Shown one piece after another: positions 1 to 12,070 of a stretch of 64,000 nt of DNA (position 1 is the first letter of the stretch; every line of letters starts with the position of its first letter). The notes under the pieces are model-generated. The model saw only the letters and a program-made list of their open reading frames with translations. It did no database searches and was not told where the DNA came from. Source of the stretch: Gracilinanus agilis (lineage: Eukaryota); NCBI RefSeq assembly GCF_016433145.1, contig NC_058130.1, positions 378,118,292-378,182,291 on the forward strand. The letters run 5' to 3'. A program made the position numbers and the translations under genes.

Positions 1-707
1 GTAATAAGTAAATTAGAGACCTGAATTGACCTGCTAGAAGCTATGAAATTCAGGATAGACTAAACCAAAAAGGAAAAATCAAAAGATCATAGCTGAAAAG
101 CCGTCTTTAAAGAATAGAATTGAGCAAGTAGAAGCTAATGATCTCATGAGACAGCAAAAATTAATAAAGCAAAATCAAAAGAATGAAAAAATAAAAGGAA
201 ACATGAAATATCTCATTGAAAAGACAACTGACCTGGAAAACAGTTCCAGGATAGACAATTTGAGAATTATTGGTCTACCTGGAAGCCTGAAGCAAAACAA
301 AACAAACAAACAAACAAAAAAAGGCCTTGACATCATATTACAAGAAATTATCCACAAAAATGCCCTGATATTCTTGACTAAGAGGACAAAATAGAAATTG
401 AAAGAATCCATAGATTGCCCCCTACATTAAATCCCCAAAAGACAACCCCCAAAAATCTCATAGCCAAGTTCAAGAGCTTCCAGGCCAAGGAGAAAATACT
501 GCAAATGGCCAGAAAGAGACAATTCAGATATCAAGGACCCCCAGTTAGGATTACACAGGATCTGGCAGCTTCTACATTAAAGGACCACAAAGTTTGGAAT
601 ATGATATTCAGGAAGGCAAGAGAATTGGGTCTACAATCAAGAATCACCTACCCATCAAAACTGACTATACATTTTCAGGAGAAAGTATGGGTTTTTTAAT
701 AAAATAA
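1..707 (+). mobile_element. L1 ORF1 fragment (C-terminal part), decayed, 3'-truncated at the end of ORF1
   Basis: ORFs 146-394 and 415-699 give L1 ORF1p motifs (LENxSRxDNLRIIGLP, IIAKFKSFQAKEKILQ, RITQDLAASTLK, WNMIFRKARELGLQ-RITYP); a (CAAA)n expansion at ~292-320 disrupts it. Confidence 0.9.
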
Positions 708-715
708 AGCTATGG

Positions 716-910
716 GGGCAGCTGGGTAGCTCAGTGGAGTGAGAGTCAGGCCTAGAGACAGGAGGTCCTAGGTTCAAACCTGGCCTCAGCCACTTCCCAG
801 CTGTGTGACCCTGGGCAAGTCACTTGACCCCCATTGCCCACCCTTACCAATCTTCCACCTATGAGACAATACACCGAAGTACAAAGGTTTAAAAAAATAA
901 ATAAATAAAT
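716..910 (+). mobile_element. Young tRNA/CORE SINE (SINE1_Mdo-type) with TSD
   Basis: A box (TAGCTCAGTGG), B box (GGTTCAAACC), A-rich tail; 14-bp TSD AAATAAAGCTATGG at 702-715 and 911-924. Confidence 0.93.
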
Positions 911-1084
911 AAATAAAGCTATGGTAGGGTTTTGGTTACTAATATAAAAGAATGTATTAGATATAACATGTTAGGGTCAATAATTGCCTGCACCATAGAA
1001 ATTAGTTTGAAGAATAGTTAGTTTCTGCTAGGGGCTAGCCTACAATGTGGGATTTTAGCAATTTTCTCTTGTCACCAGGAGATA

Positions 1085-1300
1085 TGGCATAGTGAATAGA
1101 CAGCTAGGTCTATAGTCAAGAAAAGCTGGTTTTGAATAGTACCCCAGACATTTTTCTCCTATATGACCATTGGCTAGTCAACTAATCTCCCTCAGGGTCT
1201 TCTCATCTGTGAAATAAGAGTAATAATACCAATTCATTGTGTTATGAGGTGCAAAGGATAGAATATCAAAAATTCTTTGTTACCTTACCAGTGCTATACA
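1085..1300 (+). mobile_element. Old MIR-type SINE
   Basis: Degenerate GGCATAGTG head and CORE (CTCATCTGTGAAAT-GAGTAATAATACC), TGTTATGAGG tail. Confidence 0.55.
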
Positions 1301-2421
1301 AGGGAAAGTTCTTATGACTAAGAGATGAATGAAATTTGGTCAAACAAAGAAGAAAAAGGCATCTGAGAACACCTTCAGGAGAGATTCTGCATAATGACTT
1401 TCTGAACCTAGTTAGTCTCAAATTAAGTACTCTTCAAAGGCAGAGATGATCTGTTTTTTTGCCAGAGCAAAACCAGTACGAATTGGTACCAAATTATGAA
1501 AAATAGTAAAATTCATAGCTGATTTATAGCATAGCACTGTGTTGGGTACACAGAAGGAAAAAAAATACAGTTGTTCTCATATTTTCACAACAGTTTGCTT
1601 TAAATCCTTACTGATGTGGGCAACTTCTCTAATGGTCCTGAAATTGTGTTTTCTGTGGACATGAGCCATATGGCAGAGTAATAATGAGGAAATCAGAAAC
1701 CAGACCTCTTACATCCTGAGCCCAAGAGCATTATGGAAATTTACTGGCATTGGTTCAACCTCTAGAAATTTGTGAACTCTGTTGCAAGTTTGTGAATCTG
1801 AGCAGGCATAACATATTGTTTGATGGGATCTCAAGATTACTCACTGTATGCCTTGGATGGGCATTATTCTAGAAAAGGGACTCAACCTGAGTCTGTGAAA
1901 ATAAATGGGCAAAAAATATTTTATTTATATATATTTGTTTTCTTTGCAACTCATGTATTTTATTTTAAGTAATTAAAAACATTATTCTGAGAAATCCACA
2001 GGCTTCAACAGATTATTCAAGGGATTCATGGCACAAAAAGGTTAAGAATTACTATTTGGAAGAATCCATTTCAGAATTTAAAAGGAGCTGATCTCAGTTT
2101 TCATTGGCAAGCAATTACTTCATTAAATTCAGCAACTCTGTTGAGTCAAGGACATGGTAATACTGAAAGGTAATTGTTCATCTCAATCTCGGCAACACAT
2201 AGGAACATTTCTGTCTTTTAAAAAAAAGGCTTATATTTCTACTTGTGAAAGAAATCCTAACAAAAGAACAGCAATCCCACTTGAGCTAGACAGAAAAAGA
2301 TCCTGCTGGAGACTTCCAACAAGTTATTACACAATCAGCTCTTTTTACATTCACTGAACTGTTGATTCAATGTATGGACTGGGGGAGAAGAGTTATGGAA
2401 GGTATTCTGGATCTGGTTCTT

Positions 2422-3099
2422 TGTAAATGGAATTAGCTCATCCTCACTCATCGTTTAGACTCTAGCCATCAGAAATAATATCACCCCACCCAACTTAGAA
2501 TTAAGTGGGGAGGGGAAGGTCGGTTATCCATACGTGACATTAAATAACAAATCAAAAACAAGGGACTGCCCTTTGGGCAGTCCAAAACAGTGTTGAAGCT
2601 GCCATTTGTCCACTTGAAATTGGAGGTGGATGCAGGAAGTGACAAAGATGCTATCTTTTAAATATGATGGTAACTTCCTGTGGAGGGAGTTGGCTCTTTG
2701 AACTTGGTGTAGACGGATCTCTGGTGAGACCTCAGACTGCTTCCCTCTGAATTGTCATGTGGGTAAGTTAGGCTGACTTTCTTTCTCCTCCCTTGGTGTT
2801 TCTGGAGGCTCTACCCTCAAGGAGGTCTCTCTTGCCTCTCTAATTGTAAAAGGCCTTGTAGCTAGAAGCCTCGTTTAATTAACCTCTGTGCTCCTTTGCT
2901 GGGGCCTCTAAATTCTTACCTGGTCTGGACCTCTGGTCTGGGCCAGAGTTTCTCTCTCTCAATTTCCCTACCTTCAACCTTCCTAACTGTAAATAAACTT
3001 CCATAAAAGTAATCCTGACTTGGGTCTATTTTTAATTTGAAATCACGTTAATCTGATTTCTGGCGACCATACCTTAAATATCTAGTTTCCCCTCTTACA
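2422..3099 (+). mobile_element. Solo ERV LTR (678 bp)
   Basis: TGTAA...TTACA inverted termini, flanks GTTCTT/GTTCTG (5/6), TATA-like TTTAAATA at 2657, AATAAA at ~2992. Confidence 0.8.
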
Positions 3100-3711
3100 G
3101 TTCTGGGTCTCCTGGAGGATTGAGCTTCATAAGGCTCTAAGAAGATTATTCAGATACTTCACTCCATTTATTTGCTTGTGTACAGATTGTGCTATTGCCA
3201 GTTGGAAATGGAATGATTTTGATCTCAGTTTGACTTTGCATAAGGGACTAGAAAGAGTCCTCTAAACCTTTCTCCTATCCTTCTAAAACTCCAGAAATTC
3301 ACTCTCCTGACTGATAAAACTGTTTTATGTTTTATTCAAACTTGTGACCAGATGAGGTTGGGCACTGATATCCAGCTGCTGGCAGCCTTTGAAATACCTA
3401 GCAGATGAAATGAGCTAAGGTGATGGAAAGCAGAAGCCTAGCCTGATCCCTCCTACTGTGTCAAAGAGCACTTGATTAAATGAACAGATAAATAGTTGTA
3501 GTCCCAGACTCCTCCCACAATAGACCTATCTTTCAGGATATTTGTTAATGTGTGTATTCCTAATAATGGATAAATAGTATCTCAGGTTTTGTGCCATTTG
3601 AGAGGTAAAATTCTCCATGGAAAGATCCTAGTTGGAAGACTGGAAAATTGCTACACTTCTATACCCTTCATCTGTACATCCCATCATCCCTCAACCTCCT
3701 GAAATCTAGTG

Positions 3712-4330
3712 TTTTTTATTTAATTTTATTTTAATTCAAAGATATTTCTTTTCCCAATTATATGTAATTAATAATTTTCAATATAGGTTTTCCAAAATTA
3801 TAAGATCTAGACCATCTCCCTCCTTCCCTTCCCTCCCCCAACTCAGAGAGAGTAAGCAATTTGATCTGGGCCTTATATGTATTATCACACAAAACAAACT
3901 CCCACGTTGATCATTGTTCTAAGAGCACACTCATACAAAACCAAAACTCCAAAGTAAAACCACAAACACAGTGATGTTAAAGATAGTATACTTTGAGTTA
4001 CATCTATCTGACTCTAGCAGTTCTTCTCTGGAGGTGAATAACATTCCCCATCATAAACCCTTCAGAATTGTCCCAGATTATTGCATTGGTGAGAGTAGCC
4101 AAGTTTTCATAGTTGATCATAGTAGAGTATTGCTGTAACTTTATACAATGTTCTCCTGGTTCTGTTTATTTCACTCTACAACAGTTCCTGTAGACCTTTA
4201 TGGCTTTTTTTGAAATCATCTTGCTTATCATTTCTTTATAGCACAATAGCATTCCATCACCAACATGTGTCACAATTTGTTTAGCCATTCCCCAACTGAT
4301 GGACATCCCCTCAATTTCCAATTCTTGGCC
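3712..4330 (-). mobile_element. L1 3' end (3' UTR and end of ORF2), 5'-truncated
   Basis: Poly-T head, then typical marsupial L1 3' UTR complement and AGCCATTCCCCAACTGATGGACATCCCCTCAATTTCCAATTCTT ORF2 C-terminal signature. Confidence 0.8.
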
Positions 4331-4769
4331 AGAAAGCTCCTGCAATCTAGTTTTAACCTTCCGGACACAATTGAAACAGTTCTTTCTAAGGTGACTTCCT
4401 AATCAAAAATGACTTGCTAAGCATCAAATACAATGGATTAAAAAAAAAAAACAACCTTCCCCTCCTCAGAATTTTACAGAATTGACTATTTCCTTTCCCT
4501 TGATTCTCTGTCCTCAACATCTGTGGCAATTCTCTGCCAAGTTTCATTTTACCCATCTAGTAGCTCCTCTCCTTACACTGCACTGTCCTTGCCCCTCTTC
4601 TCTTTCTCATCCATACTCCCCCACCCCAACTAAAGTTCTACTAAGTCCTATGTATATAATGTTCACCTCAATGCATATAATTCCCATATATATATATCTT
4701 CAGCTTCACCCTTTTATCTCATTTTCATTGCCACATTTCTAACTATCTGTTGATTCTACCTGCCAGAGT

Positions 4770-5720
4770 ATTAAATTCTACATGTCCCAAAATGAGTTCA
4801 TCTTCCCTCCTCTTTGTTATATATAAATTTTGTTAAGAGAACAATTTTTTTCCAATTATTAAAGCTAAAAACCTTTGAGTAATAATTGTTCTTCCTTCTC
4901 CCTCATCCCATGAGACTTATATAATCATTGCAAAATCCTATACATTCGACCTTCTCAATACCTGTCACATTTATTCAGACATTGATGCTTCCATTAACTT
5001 TACCTTAGTTTAGAATCTGATCACAATTAGCCTGATGATTATCATAATAGTCTCTTTATAGGTCTAGCTTCCTTTCCCTGCCATCATTTATATACACATA
5101 CCTATATATGTATGTATGTATATACCTATATATTATATTTATATTATAGTTATTTAGAACTAAAATTCTCCATGCAGAGAAGCTCATTTGTCAATTGTGC
5201 TATTGTTGACATTGGGAAATGGGATTATCTTCACTGAGCTATTTTATATTCTGCTTACAATTTACATGAGGGGCCTAAAGAGACTCATTCTCCCTCTGAT
5301 TTTTCAAAGATACAGGAAGTCCACTCCCCTGGCTGTTAAAACTGTGCCCTACACACATTGTGCTTAATTGGCATTATTTCCTTGATAACAAAACTATTGT
5401 CAAAGGCAACCCATTGCTTTTCAAATAAAATATAAATTTCTAAGCCTAACATTCAGGCTCTTTCTTGATCTAGACCCAACCTTTCCTGCTTTCTGTCCAA
5501 GTGCCCTCATTTTCTTAGTCTATTCTCTATTTCAAATGGACTGTTCACTGTTCTTTGATCTTCTCATGCCATCTCTCATTTCTGTGCCTTTACATATAGA
5601 GTCCTCCATTCCTAAAATAAATTCCCTTCATCACCATTATTCGCATCTATTCACATCCTTCTCTGTTCTTAAAGACTCATCTCAGGTACCATTTTCTCCA
5701 TGAAGTATTCTCAGATTACT
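4770..5720 (+). mobile_element. Fragmented ancient L2 LINE
   Basis: Pyrimidine-rich L2-like blocks (CATGTCCCAAAATGAGTTCATCTTCCC, AAAGCTAAAAACCTTTGAGT, CTAAGCCTAACATTCAGGCTCT). Confidence 0.5.
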
Positions 5721-6619
5721 GATCAATCATGTACAGTTCCCAAGTGAATTATCAACAGATATCTTCTTTACCCATAAAACCTCACTGTGAACCTTTAGAT
5801 TCCCAAATATGCAGATAAGTCTTTTGGGCACATGTGTATGTGTACACCATTAGCAAAGTAACTGAAAGTTGTTCTTGGTGTCCTAAAGTCCCATTCCCTT
5901 GTAATGTGATTATGTGAATACAAGTGGCACACCCAGCCTTTGGCAGCCATTTACCCAGAGCCTCCAGTAAGGTTGGAAACTCTTGGCCCTGGGAACACTC
6001 AGATTTGGGAAAAACAATTGTCAGTTCAAATATGTGGTGGTTGAGTATGTACTTGCCTTCACATTTACAAGAGTCAGTTGTTTTCAGGGAAAAAAAATCT
6101 TCCCACTATGGTGTAAATAGTCAATTTAATTGTGGTGCAAATGCTAAAGTCCAGCATATGAAATAAATGAAACCAGAATCTTCCAGATGAGAAAAGTATA
6201 ACTTGTAAAAGTTACTAGGTATAAGCCTATCATCTTAAGCTTCCAAAAACAACTGACCCCAGGGTTCCTTCAGCCATATCTAATAGAGTACTAAAATCAC
6301 TTTATAGCATATAAAACAAGGCCTCTTCAGTCATTGGTCCCTTTGGCAATCTGTTGAAGCTGATGGACTCCTCAGAACAATATTTTTAATTCAAAAACTA
6401 TACAGAAAAACAATGGAAACCAATGATATTGAAATGAAATTATCAAAATACTAAAAAGAAATTACATTCTCCAGGTTAAGAACTCTTGTCATAATCCTTG
6501 TGTTATCCAAAAGTAACTGGCATATTTACACAATAAAAGTAAGACTGTGGACTAGAAGGATGGAGGCATTCCTAGTATAATTTTTTAAAAAACCCATCAG
6601 GTCATAACATATAATTTTA

Positions 6620-7290
6620 CTAATATGTTATCTTTTTGTTAACATTTTATTTAAAAATATTGCATCAATCTTCATTGAGGATATAGGTCTGTGGTTTTCT
6701 TTCTCTGCTTATTCTCTCCCTCATTTAGAGTTTGAAAGGGCTGTTTTTCTTATTATTGCAATTTATATAGTATTGGAATACATTCTTCATTGAATATATG
6801 ATAAAATTCACTTGTAAGTCTATCTTGTCCTAGAGGTTTTGTTTTTTTCCTTCGTTCATCTATTTTGTAGATTATTCAATTTCTTTTACTGATATTGGGT
6901 TAATACTCTATTTCTTCTTTTGTAAATGAGATTATTTTATATTTTTGTAAGTATAATCCATTTCCTCTGTTATCAATTTTGTTAGCATACACATGGACAA
7001 AATAGATTCTAACAATTTGCTTTATTTCTTCTTCAATTGCTATAAATTTTCCTTTTTCATTTTTTGATATGAACAATTTGGCTTCCTTCTTTTATTTAAT
7101 CATGATAACTAATTGTTTATTTTATTAGATTTTTTAAATCAGCTTCTGGTTTTACTTATCCATCATTAGTGTTTTGTTTTAAATTCTATTAATCTCTTCT
7201 TCAATTTTCATAATTTTTTCTTTGTTATATAGTTGAGGATTTGCTGTTCAAATTTTTTCCTCCTTGCATGATATATGACTAATTTGAAAA
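6620..7290 (-). mobile_element. Old L1 ORF2 fragment
   Basis: TTGCATCAATCTTCATTGAGGATATAGGTCTGTGGTTTTC and downstream T-rich blocks match the reverse complement of L1 ORF2. Confidence 0.7.
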
Positions 7291-7408
7291 TGTTTTTTGT
7301 ATGCCTTCACATGTACAATCGATATACTGCTTAACCTCTCTAGGGGTAGAGGAAGGTGAGGAGGTGGGGAGAAAATTTGGAACTCTAAATTGCTTTAAAA
7401 TGAATGTT

Positions 7409-9376
7409 CCAGAGTGTGTTACTTACCTCTACTCTTAGCTTGTCGAGGGCTGTAATGAGAACCTGGGGATCCTTGTTCCTGCTGTCCCAGCCACTGCTTA
7501 ACCCATTAACCACCATGCATGAGTGTATCTCTATCCACATTGGCCAGACTGGTGTCCAGATTGACAATGCCTTCTGGGAGTTGTACTGCCTGGAACATGG
7601 TATCCAGCCTGATGGGCAGATGGCAAGTGACAAGACCATTGGGGGGAGGAGATGACTCCTTCAACACCTTCTTCAGTGAAACGGGGGCTGGCAAACATGT
7701 CCCCAGAGCAGTGTTTGTAGATACAGAACCAACTGTCATTGATGAAGTTCGTGCTGGAACTTACCACCAGTTCTTCCATCCTGAACAGCTGGTCATTGGC
7801 AAGGAAGATGCTGCCAATAACTATGCTCATGGGCACTAGACTATTGACCTTGTTCTAGATAGGATTCAGGAACTGGCGGATCAGTGCACAGGTCTTCAAG
7901 GCTTCTTGGTTCTCCACGGCTCTGGTTTTACCTCTCTGTTGATGGAAAGGCTATCTGTTGATTATAGCAAGCAGTCTAAGCTGGAGTTCTCCATTTACCA
8001 AGCCCCTCAGGTTTCCACAGCTGTAGTTGAGCCCTACAACTCCATTCTGACCATTCAATCACTTGGAGCACTCTGATTGTGCCTTCATGGTAGACAATGA
8101 GGCTTTGATATCTGTCTCAGAAACCTTGATATTAAACGCCCAACCTACATTAATCTAAATCACCTTATTAGTCAAATTGTGTCCTCCATCACTGCCTCTC
8201 TGAGATTTGATGGTGCCCTGAATGTTGATCTTACAGAATTCCAGACCAACTTGGTGCCCTACCCCCGAATCCATTTCCCCTTGGCCACCTATGCCCCAGT
8301 CATTTCTGCTGAGAAAGCCTACCATGAGCAGGTTCCTGTAGCAAAGATCACCAATGCTTGCTTTGAGCCTGCCAACCAGATGGCAAAATGTGACCCTTGC
8401 CACAGTAAATACTGTACCTTGGGGTTGTGGTTCCCAAAGATGTCAATGCCACCATTGGCACCATCAAGACAAAGTGTAGCATCCAGTTTGTGGATTGGTG
8501 CCCAACTGGCTTCAAGGTTGGTATCAATTACCAGCCTCCCACTGTGGTTCCTGGTGGTGACCTGGCCAAGGTACAGAGGGCTGTGTGCATGCTGAGCACA
8601 TCACAGCCATTGCTGAGACCTGGGCTCACCTGGATCACAAGTTTGATCCGATATATGCCAAGCATGCCTTTGTTCACTGGTATGTGGGGGAGAGTATGGA
8701 GGAAGGAGAGTTCTCTGAGGCATGGGAAGATATGGCAGCCCTGGAGAAGGATTATGAAGAGGTTGGTGTGGATTCTGTTGAAGGAGAGGGTGAAGAGGAA
8801 GGAGAAAAGTACTAATGCCCCCTGCCATACATCTCTGTAGCATGTTTCATCTAAAACTCATCAGCTTAAACATGTTTAGCTTAACTATTTGGTGACTGTT
8901 TAGAAAGGTACCATGATAGATCAGGAATAAAATGATAAAGGTCAGACTTGTAGACTACAAAAAAATCTGTACCTCTATTCAGCATGAAAAATGACATCAA
9001 GAAAATTCTCAATAGTTATGGCAAGCACTGAAAAACATCATGAGAAAAGAAATTGATTATATTTCAATGGTAGGAAATGACTCCTTAATGATGTGGGGAT
9101 AAATCTTGAATCAGCTGTATCAGTATGGTCAGATCATAGACTAGTTTGACAAAGAACAAAGTGTGAAGATAGGAAAAAATAAGAATGGAGAACAGGATTA
9201 AAAGAAAGAAGTTATCGTGGTGGTATGAAGGCAGCCTTGACAGTACAGCTAGCAATCTGGTTAGTTTGTCTACATTGTCAAAACTGTGATCATGTTTAAG
9301 TTTTCCATGTGTCCATAAAATTTCCATCATGTCTATGAAATTAAAGGCTTTACAAAAATAAAAATAAAAATAAAAA
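7409..9376 (+). pseudogene. TUBA1B: Full-length processed pseudogene of alpha-tubulin 1B
   Basis: Intronless. CDS 7515 ([11 protein letters not shown]) to 8815 (...[17 protein letters not shown]). 5' UTR GTGTTACTTACCTC-ACTCTTAGCTTGTC and 3' UTR blocks resemble TUBA1B as recalled. A-rich tail 9354-9376; 13-bp TSD TAAAATGAATGTT at 7396-7408 and 9377-9389. Disabled by a frameshift at ~7645, TAG at 7837, further frameshifts and two in-frame deletions. Confidence 0.93.
8887..9238 (+). mobile_element. Internal fragment of an RTE-type (non-L1) LINE endonuclease region inside the pseudogene 3' UTR
   Basis: Encodes KEIDYI (9046-9063) and SDHRL (9129-9143), APE endonuclease catalytic motifs; interrupts otherwise contiguous TUBA1B-like 3' UTR. 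Confidence 0.6.
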
Positions 9377-9849
9377 TAAAATGAATGTTACAAATATTAA
9401 TTATAATTTGGAAATATCGAATGAAATAAAATATATATAAAGAAAATGGTTGCAGAGACAAGTTCATTGACCAAAAGAATATCAGAGATGCCCAGTTCAG
9501 AACATCTAAAATGCTCTAGGTGCTTGCTTTTGAGTTTGTGCCAGCCCTCAGCATACCTTAAACCTGGGGTAGATTTTCCTGGGGCTCACATATGAGGGAG
9601 TGCCCAGATGCCATGGTACAAACTTTATTTGTATTTTTAAAGTTGTTGCTTTGCCATATACAATAATATTTAGTGCATATTTTGATGACAGGAATAAGGC
9701 TTGAACTTCTGATTTCAATGGGATGGAGACCTACCAGATGAGGAAACTCCCTCTACCAATGAAGATGAGTATATTCTAGTAACTTTATAGCCTTAGAATG
9801 TCTCTTGGAACACCAGGAGGTAAAATGTCCTGTCCTAGATCACATAGAG

Positions 9850-10113
9850 GGTAGCTAGGTGGCAGTGTAGATAAAGTGCTGAGCTTGGAGATTTATCTTC
9901 CTGAGTTCAAATCTGGCCTCAGATACTTACTAGCTGTGTGACTCTGGGCAAATCACTTAATATCTGTTTATCTCAGTTTCCTTATCTGTAAAATGGGGAT
10001 AACAATTATACCTCATAGAGCTGTTGTGAGGATTAAACGAGATAATATTTGTAAAGCACCTAGCATAGGCCTGGCACATAGTAGACACTATGTAAATACT
10101 AGTCATTATTATT
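9850..10113 (+). mobile_element. Full-length MIR SINE
   Basis: tRNA head, CORE (CTCAGTTTCCTTATCTGTAAAATGGGGATAA) and L2-derived tail (CTGGCACATAGTAG...ATTATTATTA). Confidence 0.85.
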
Positions 10114-10699
10114 AGCTCTGAACTCACAACTAATATGGCATTCCTAAACCTCTGAATTATTCTGATGCATTATCCTCTATTCTTCTCTTTCTATTCCACA
10201 TGGTCCAAGCATCACATCCCTGTACCTTCTGCTACCAATGTCTCCTTGGCATGGTAATTCCATTGTCTGAGTCATCTGCCCCACATCCCGGTTTCAGTGA
10301 CCAGTTCCTTCCCTAGATGGCAAATAAAATAATCCAGGCATTGACTCTGGCCTGACCAATACTGCTTGACTGGATGTGAGGAGTAAAATCCATTGTTCCC
10401 AATACTTCTATAATAAAGGATTCTGTTGGCTATTTTGCATTGAATAAGCTATCTCAAAGTACCAGAGATGTGGAAATGCTGTAGACTCAGGTTCATTCTT
10501 GGAAGAATGTTAATAATTACATTGTATGGTTTGTTTTTGCACCCCTAGGGTATCTTTTAGGAACAAATAAATTTTACTTATTTCTAGTTCTCATATAGGT
10601 ATTTAAAGTTCTCTTGAAAAAACGAAGACAAAAAAAAAGCATAGACTAAAGAGCAAGCTTGTTTCACAAAATGAAAAATTCAAAAGAATTTTTATTAAA

Positions 10700-10870
10700 C
10701 CTAATAATAATACTTACTATCTTAACTGATCTTCATAACAACCCTGGGAAGTAAGTGCTATTATTACCTCCATTTTACGGATGAAGAAACTGAGACAGAG
10801 AGGTTAAATTATTGGCTCAGTGTCACACACATAGTAAGTATTTGAGGATGGATTTGAACTCATCTCTTTC
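10700..10870 (-). mobile_element. MIR SINE
   Basis: CCATTTTACGGATGAAGAAACTGAGACAGAGAGGTTAA reverse CORE. Confidence 0.75.
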
Positions 10871-11857
10871 TCTATTCACTGCATCATCTAGCAGCTCAAT
10901 GTGTAAGCAAAAAAAAAGAAAACAAAAAGAAACTTCTTTCTTGCATTTCCCACCTTATTCATTTCAGCCTAAGGAATGTACTGGCCATTCTGCCTCTGGT
11001 ACTCTGCTTGGCATCAGCTACCATTTGCTTCTCCTTCCTCACCTAATGTTAGACTTTATAATGAAGAGAGTAAGGATCAATATTACCCTAGGGCCTAGGC
11101 TAATAACTTTAGCCCTTTTTCAGGCCCCATAGTGGGGCACACAAAAAGGTCCCTTACACATCTATATATATATATATTGTCTAAAGGCATTCATCAGAAA
11201 ACAGTTCCCAGTCCAAACTACTGACTGACATAAAGCTACCTAATTCTACCTCTCTTCTCTTCTTTATGGCACAGACAGTGTACCCCTTCACAGCCAATAT
11301 CCACAGTCTCCCTTTTCCTTGTCCTTTTGAGGATGGGGGAAAAAAACACTTGCAAAAAACACTCTCCTTTTGCATTTCCAATTCCTTCATCCCTCCTCCA
11401 CCCTTACCTCTCCCACTGACTGGAAACTACCCTGAGGCATGGAAAAGCCTTAGGATAGCACAAGGAACACTGGAAGAAAAAAGGGTAGACCCACAGCTGC
11501 TTGCCAGCAAACCAGCCACAGCATCAAATGTTCATGCCCCTGTTAAAATAATAAGTGCTTGTAACAGATCTGTTTTTTTAAAAAGGTGGATAATGAATAA
11601 TCCAGTACAACAAGAGTGTTTTCCAGTTTCTGCCTACACAGCAATCCTTATTGAGGAACATTCCTCATTATAGACAGTTTATTATGCAGGTAAAGAGGAA
11701 AATTATTATCTTCACAACCACTGATCAGCATTTATTCTTCATTTTTCATCTTCTTCCTGACTTTAAATATACTAATCATTTATGATAGAAAATTCTCCCC
11801 ACTTGGGACTTCAGAAGTAGCAGAGAACCAGACCATCTTGAAGGAGGAATGAGACTG

Positions 11858-12070
11858 GATGATTGTTTAGTTGTATCTGACTCTGTGACCTTGTTTCGGA
11901 TTTTCTTGGCAAAGATATTGGCGTGGTTGGCCATTTACCATCTCCCATTTTATAGATAAGGAACTGAACAAATAGGAGTTAAATGGCTTGATCAGAGTCA
12001 CAAATCTAGTAAGTATTTGAAGTAGAATTCACTCAGGTCCTCCTCATTCCAGGACCAGCATCCTATCTAC
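11858..12070 (-). mobile_element. MAR1-type SINE
   Basis: RTE-derived tail complement (TTTTCTTGGCAAAGATA-TGG-GTGGTTGGCCATTT) plus CORE. Confidence 0.75.

Larger units (their letters stand above)
7291..9445 (+). mobile_element. L1 3'-terminal fragment split by the tubulin retrocopy (7291-7408 and 9390-9445)
   Basis: GGGGAGAAAATTTGGAACTC-AAAATGAATGTT continues after the retrocopy as AAAATGAATGTTACAAATATT...TTGGAAA...AATAAAAT. Confidence 0.6.

Noticed and set aside
7385-8843. Minus-strand ORFs over the tubulin pseudogene
   Set aside because: Shadow frames of a GC-balanced coding sequence.
10812-11673. 106-aa and 135-aa plus-strand ORFs
   Set aside because: Partly MIR-derived and low-complexity; no recognisable domain or splice support.
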